Position numbers and translations under genes: made by a program
Shown here: positions 46,564 through 49,063 of the stretch, piece by piece
How positions within the stretch are numbered: the first letter of the stretch is position 1
Layout: each line of letters opens with the position of its first letter
Assembly (NCBI GenBank): GCA_036963825.1
Contig: JBALUZ010000001.1
Location: forward strand, 1 to 49,063
Reading direction: 5' to 3'
DNA from: Brevundimonas sp.
Lineage (GTDB): Bacteria; Pseudomonadota; Alphaproteobacteria; Caulobacterales; Caulobacteraceae
Length of the DNA stretch: 49,063 nucleotides
The notes under the pieces: model-generated
What the model was told of the DNA's origin: nothing
Seen by the model: only the letters and a program-made list of their open reading frames with translations
The model's database searches: none

Positions 46564-47478
46564 ATGCGCATCGCCTTCATGGGAACCCCCGACTTCGCCG
46601 TGCCCTCGCTGGCCGAGTTGATCGCCGCCGGGCACGACATCGTGGCGGTCTATTCACAGCCGCCGCGGCCCCGGGGCCGCGGCCAGAAGCTGACCCCCTC
46701 GCCGGTCCACGCCTTCGCCGAAAGCATGGGGCTGCCGGTGTTCACGCCGGAGAGCATGAAGACGGCCGACGCCATCGAGACCTTCCGCTCGCTGGACCTG
46801 GATGCGGCGGTGGTGGTGGCCTACGGGCAAATCCTGAAGACCGGGGTGCTGGAGGCCCCCCGCCTGGGCTGCTTCAACCTGCACGGCAGCCTGCTGCCCC
46901 GCTGGCGCGGCGCGGCGCCCATCCAGCGGGCCATCATGGCGGGCGATCGCCAGACGGGCGTGCAGATCATGCGCATGTCCGAGGGCCTGGACGAAGGCCC
47001 GATCCTGCTGTCCGAGGTCATGGACATCCGCGACGACGACACCGCCGCCACCCTGTCGGACCGCATGGCCCACGTGGGCGCCGGGCTGTGGCCGCGCGCC
47101 CTGGCGGCCATCGAGCGCGGCGGCGTCACCCCTGTCGAACAGGTCGGCGAGGCCACATACGCCAGGAAAATCACCCCGGCGGAGGCCCGCATCGACTGGT
47201 CCCGGGCGGCTGGGGAGATCGATTGCCACATCCGCGGCCTGTCGCCCTTCCCCGGCGCCTGGTTCGAGGGGCCGGACGGCGCCCGGATCAAGGCGCTGAT
47301 GTCGCGGGTCGAGGCCGGATCAGGCGCGCCGGGCGAGGTGCTGGACGACAGCCTTCTGATCGCCTGCGGCAGCGGCGCGGTGCGGCTGACGCGGGTCCAG
47401 CGCGAGGGCAAGGGCGCGCAAGGCGCCGAGGATTTCGTGCGCGGTTATCCCATCGCGGCCGGGGCGGTGCTGGCCTGA
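46564..47478 (+). CDS. fmt: Methionyl-tRNA formyltransferase
   Basis: [36 protein letters not shown]. Confidence 0.98.
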   Translation: MRIAFMGTPDFAVPSLAELIAAGHDIVAVYSQPPRPRGRGQKLTPSPVHAFAESMGLPVFTPESMKTADAIETFRSLDLDAAVVVAYGQILKTGVLEAPRLGCFNLHGSLLPRWRGAAPIQRAIMAGDRQTGVQIMRMSEGLDEGPILLSEVMDIRDDDTAATLSDRMAHVGAGLWPRALAAIERGGVTPVEQVGEATYARKITPAEARIDWSRAAGEIDCHIRGLSPFPGAWFEGPDGARIKALMSRVEAGSGAPGEVLDDSLLIACGSGAVRLTRVQREGKGAQGAEDFVRGYPIAAGAVLA

Positions 47479-48230
47479 TGCCGCGTTACCGCCTGACGCT
47501 GGAGTACGACGGCTCGGTCTTCAACGGCTATCAGGCCCAGGACAACCTGCCGACGGTGCAGGGGGTGGTGGAGGCGGCGATCCTGGCCTTCTGCGGCCAG
47601 GCCGTGCGGCTGCAGGCCGCCGGACGAACCGATACCGGCGTCCACGCCACCGGCCAGGTGGTCCATGCGGATCTGGACAGGGACTGGCCGGCCCGGACCG
47701 TGATGAATGCGCTCAACGCCCACATGGCGGAGGCGCCCGTGTCCGTGCTGGCCTGCGAGGTCGGCGGGCTGGATGACCGGGGCGAGGAATGGCACGCCCG
47801 GTTCTCGGCGCGCGAGCGGCGCTATCTGTACCGGATCCTGAACCGCCCGGCGCCGCCGGCCCTGGACAGGGGCCGGGTCTGGCACGTGAAAAAGCCGCTG
47901 GACGTGGACGCCATGCACGCGGCCGCCCAGGTGTTCGTGGGCCACCACGACTTCACCACCTTCCGCGATGTGAACTGCCAGTCGAAGTCGCCGGAAAAGA
48001 CCCTGGATACAGTCCGGGTCACCCGCACGGGCGAGGAGGTCCACCTGACCTTTTCCGCCCGGTCCTTCCTGCACCGGCAGGTGCGCTCCATGACCGGCAC
48101 CCTGGCCGAGGTGGGCGCCGGCCGCTGGACCCTCGAGGACGTGCGCGCGGCGCTGCACGCGCGCGACCGCGCCGCCTGCGGACCGGTGGCCCCGGCGTGC
48201 GGCCTGTACCTGACCGGCGTCGGCTACTGA
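47478..48230 (+). CDS. truA: tRNA pseudouridine(38-40) synthase
   Basis: LEYDG, AGRTDTGVHATGQ, HARFSA, SFLHRQVR, GLYL; TGATG coupling with fmt. Confidence 0.97.
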   Translation: MPRYRLTLEYDGSVFNGYQAQDNLPTVQGVVEAAILAFCGQAVRLQAAGRTDTGVHATGQVVHADLDRDWPARTVMNALNAHMAEAPVSVLACEVGGLDDRGEEWHARFSARERRYLYRILNRPAPPALDRGRVWHVKKPLDVDAMHAAAQVFVGHHDFTTFRDVNCQSKSPEKTLDTVRVTRTGEEVHLTFSARSFLHRQVRSMTGTLAEVGAGRWTLEDVRAALHARDRAACGPVAPACGLYLTGVGY

Positions 48231-48234
48231 GCGC

Positions 48235-48369
48235 TCAGCAGGTTCCCTGAACGGTGCACTGCACCCCTTCGCCCGCGGCCTCCAGATCCTGGCCCACCCC
48301 GCGCACGGTGTTGCAGGCGGACACGGTCAGGGCGAGAGCGGCGACGACGAGAACGGCGATCTTGCGCAT
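48235..48369 (-). CDS. Entericidin A/B family lipoprotein (44 aa)
   Basis: Translated by hand: MRKIAVLVVAALALTVSACNTVRGVGQDLEAAGEGVQCTVQGTC*, with the CNTxxGxGxD signature and a GGAG RBS. Confidence 0.88.
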   Translation of the reverse strand: MRKIAVLVVAALALTVSACNTVRGVGQDLEAAGEGVQCTVQGTC

Positions 48370-48398
48370 GGGGAAGCTCCAGACAAATTCGATGGCGG

Positions 48399-48423
48399 AA
48401 TGTCCAGCTTCGCCGTGGGTTCC
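48399..48423 (-). promoter_or_regulatory. SigmaT/EcfG-like promoter for entericidin
   Basis: Minus-strand GGAAC-N16-CATT. Confidence 0.6.
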
Positions 48424-48471
48424 GCAAGCGCAATAGGCGCCGCCGCACGCGATCTGCTAGTCACCGTGGCC

Positions 48472-49063
48472 ATGACGCAAACCCGCTCCCAGCCGCAAGG
48501 CACCGCCGCCCGCCGCCTGGTCGAAACCCTGGTCATCAACGGCATCGACACCGTGTTCTGCGTGCCGGGCGAAAGCTATCTGGCCGTTCTGGACGCCCTG
48601 GCCGACGTGAAGGACCGCATCCGGGTCGTCACCTGCCGCCACGAGGCGGGCGCCGCCAACATGGCCGAGGCCTACGGCAAGCTGACGGGCAAGCCGGGCG
48701 TCTGCATGGTCACACGCGGGCCGGGCGCCACTCACGCCGCCATCGGGGTGCACACGGCGCATCAGGACTCCACGCCCATGATCCTGTTCGTGGGCCAGAT
48801 CGCCCTGACCGACAGGGGACGCGGCGCCTTCCAGGAGGTGGACTACCGCGAGGTGTTCGGCGGCCTGGCCAAATGGGCTACCGAAATTGAGACCCCCGCC
48901 CGGACGGTGGAGATCGTCGAGCGCGCCTTCGCCACGGCGCTTCAGGGCCGCATGGGTCCCGTGGTGGTGGCGCTGCCCGAGGACATCCTGCACGACGACG
49001 GCGGCCCGGCGCCGGTGCGCGCCGTGACGCCCGCCCACTCGGCCCTGTCGCCGGCCTTCCTGG
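48472..49063 (+). CDS. Thiamine-pyrophosphate-binding protein (acetolactate synthase-like), runs off the window
   Basis: Translated by hand: VFCVPGESYLAVLDAL, CRHEAGAANMAEAYGKLTG, TRGPGA, DSTPMILFVGQ. Confidence 0.92.
   Translation, partial: MTQTRSQPQGTAARRLVETLVINGIDTVFCVPGESYLAVLDALADVKDRIRVVTCRHEAGAANMAEAYGKLTGKPGVCMVTRGPGATHAAIGVHTAHQDSTPMILFVGQIALTDRGRGAFQEVDYREVFGGLAKWATEIETPARTVEIVERAFATALQGRMGPVVVALPEDILHDDGGPAPVRAVTPAHSALSPAFL

Overview
High-GC alphaproteobacterial DNA, most consistent with Caulobacteraceae (Brevundimonas-like; inferred from gene content and promoter motifs). About 36 CDS; no rRNA, tRNA, CRISPR array, integrase or IS is visible. Left to right: (1) 1-10.3 kb: a TetR-controlled TonB-dependent ester-utilisation locus (CoA ligase, TBDR, three esterase-fold hydrolases, GPH/MFS transporter, SDR) with a duplicated palindromic operator. 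(2) 10.3-18 kb: a long intergenic region with an AT-rich core, an orphan mcp-cheW pair, a membrane LytTR regulator and three more secreted serine hydrolases. (3) 18.2-22.4 kb: a LuxR solo with a lux-box-like site, surrounded by five uncharacterised exported, Cys-containing proteins, including a PPC-like/DUF3828-like fusion and a miniaturised FGE/SUMF1 lipoprotein; this is the best candidate for an undescribed system. (4) 22.5-40.8 kb: galM divergent from glgE-treS/mak-glgB-treZ-malQ-treY-glgX, with no glgA or glgC and with sigmaT/EcfG-type promoters. (5) 40.9-46.4 kb: soluble PAS chemoreceptor, 1-Cys OhrR-like MarR without ohr, GST-Xi and a DUF305-LVIVD fusion. (6) 46.6 kb to end: fmt-truA, an entericidin lipoprotein missed by the ORF track, and a partial TPP enzyme. 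All family calls come from motif recognition by eye; no database search was run.
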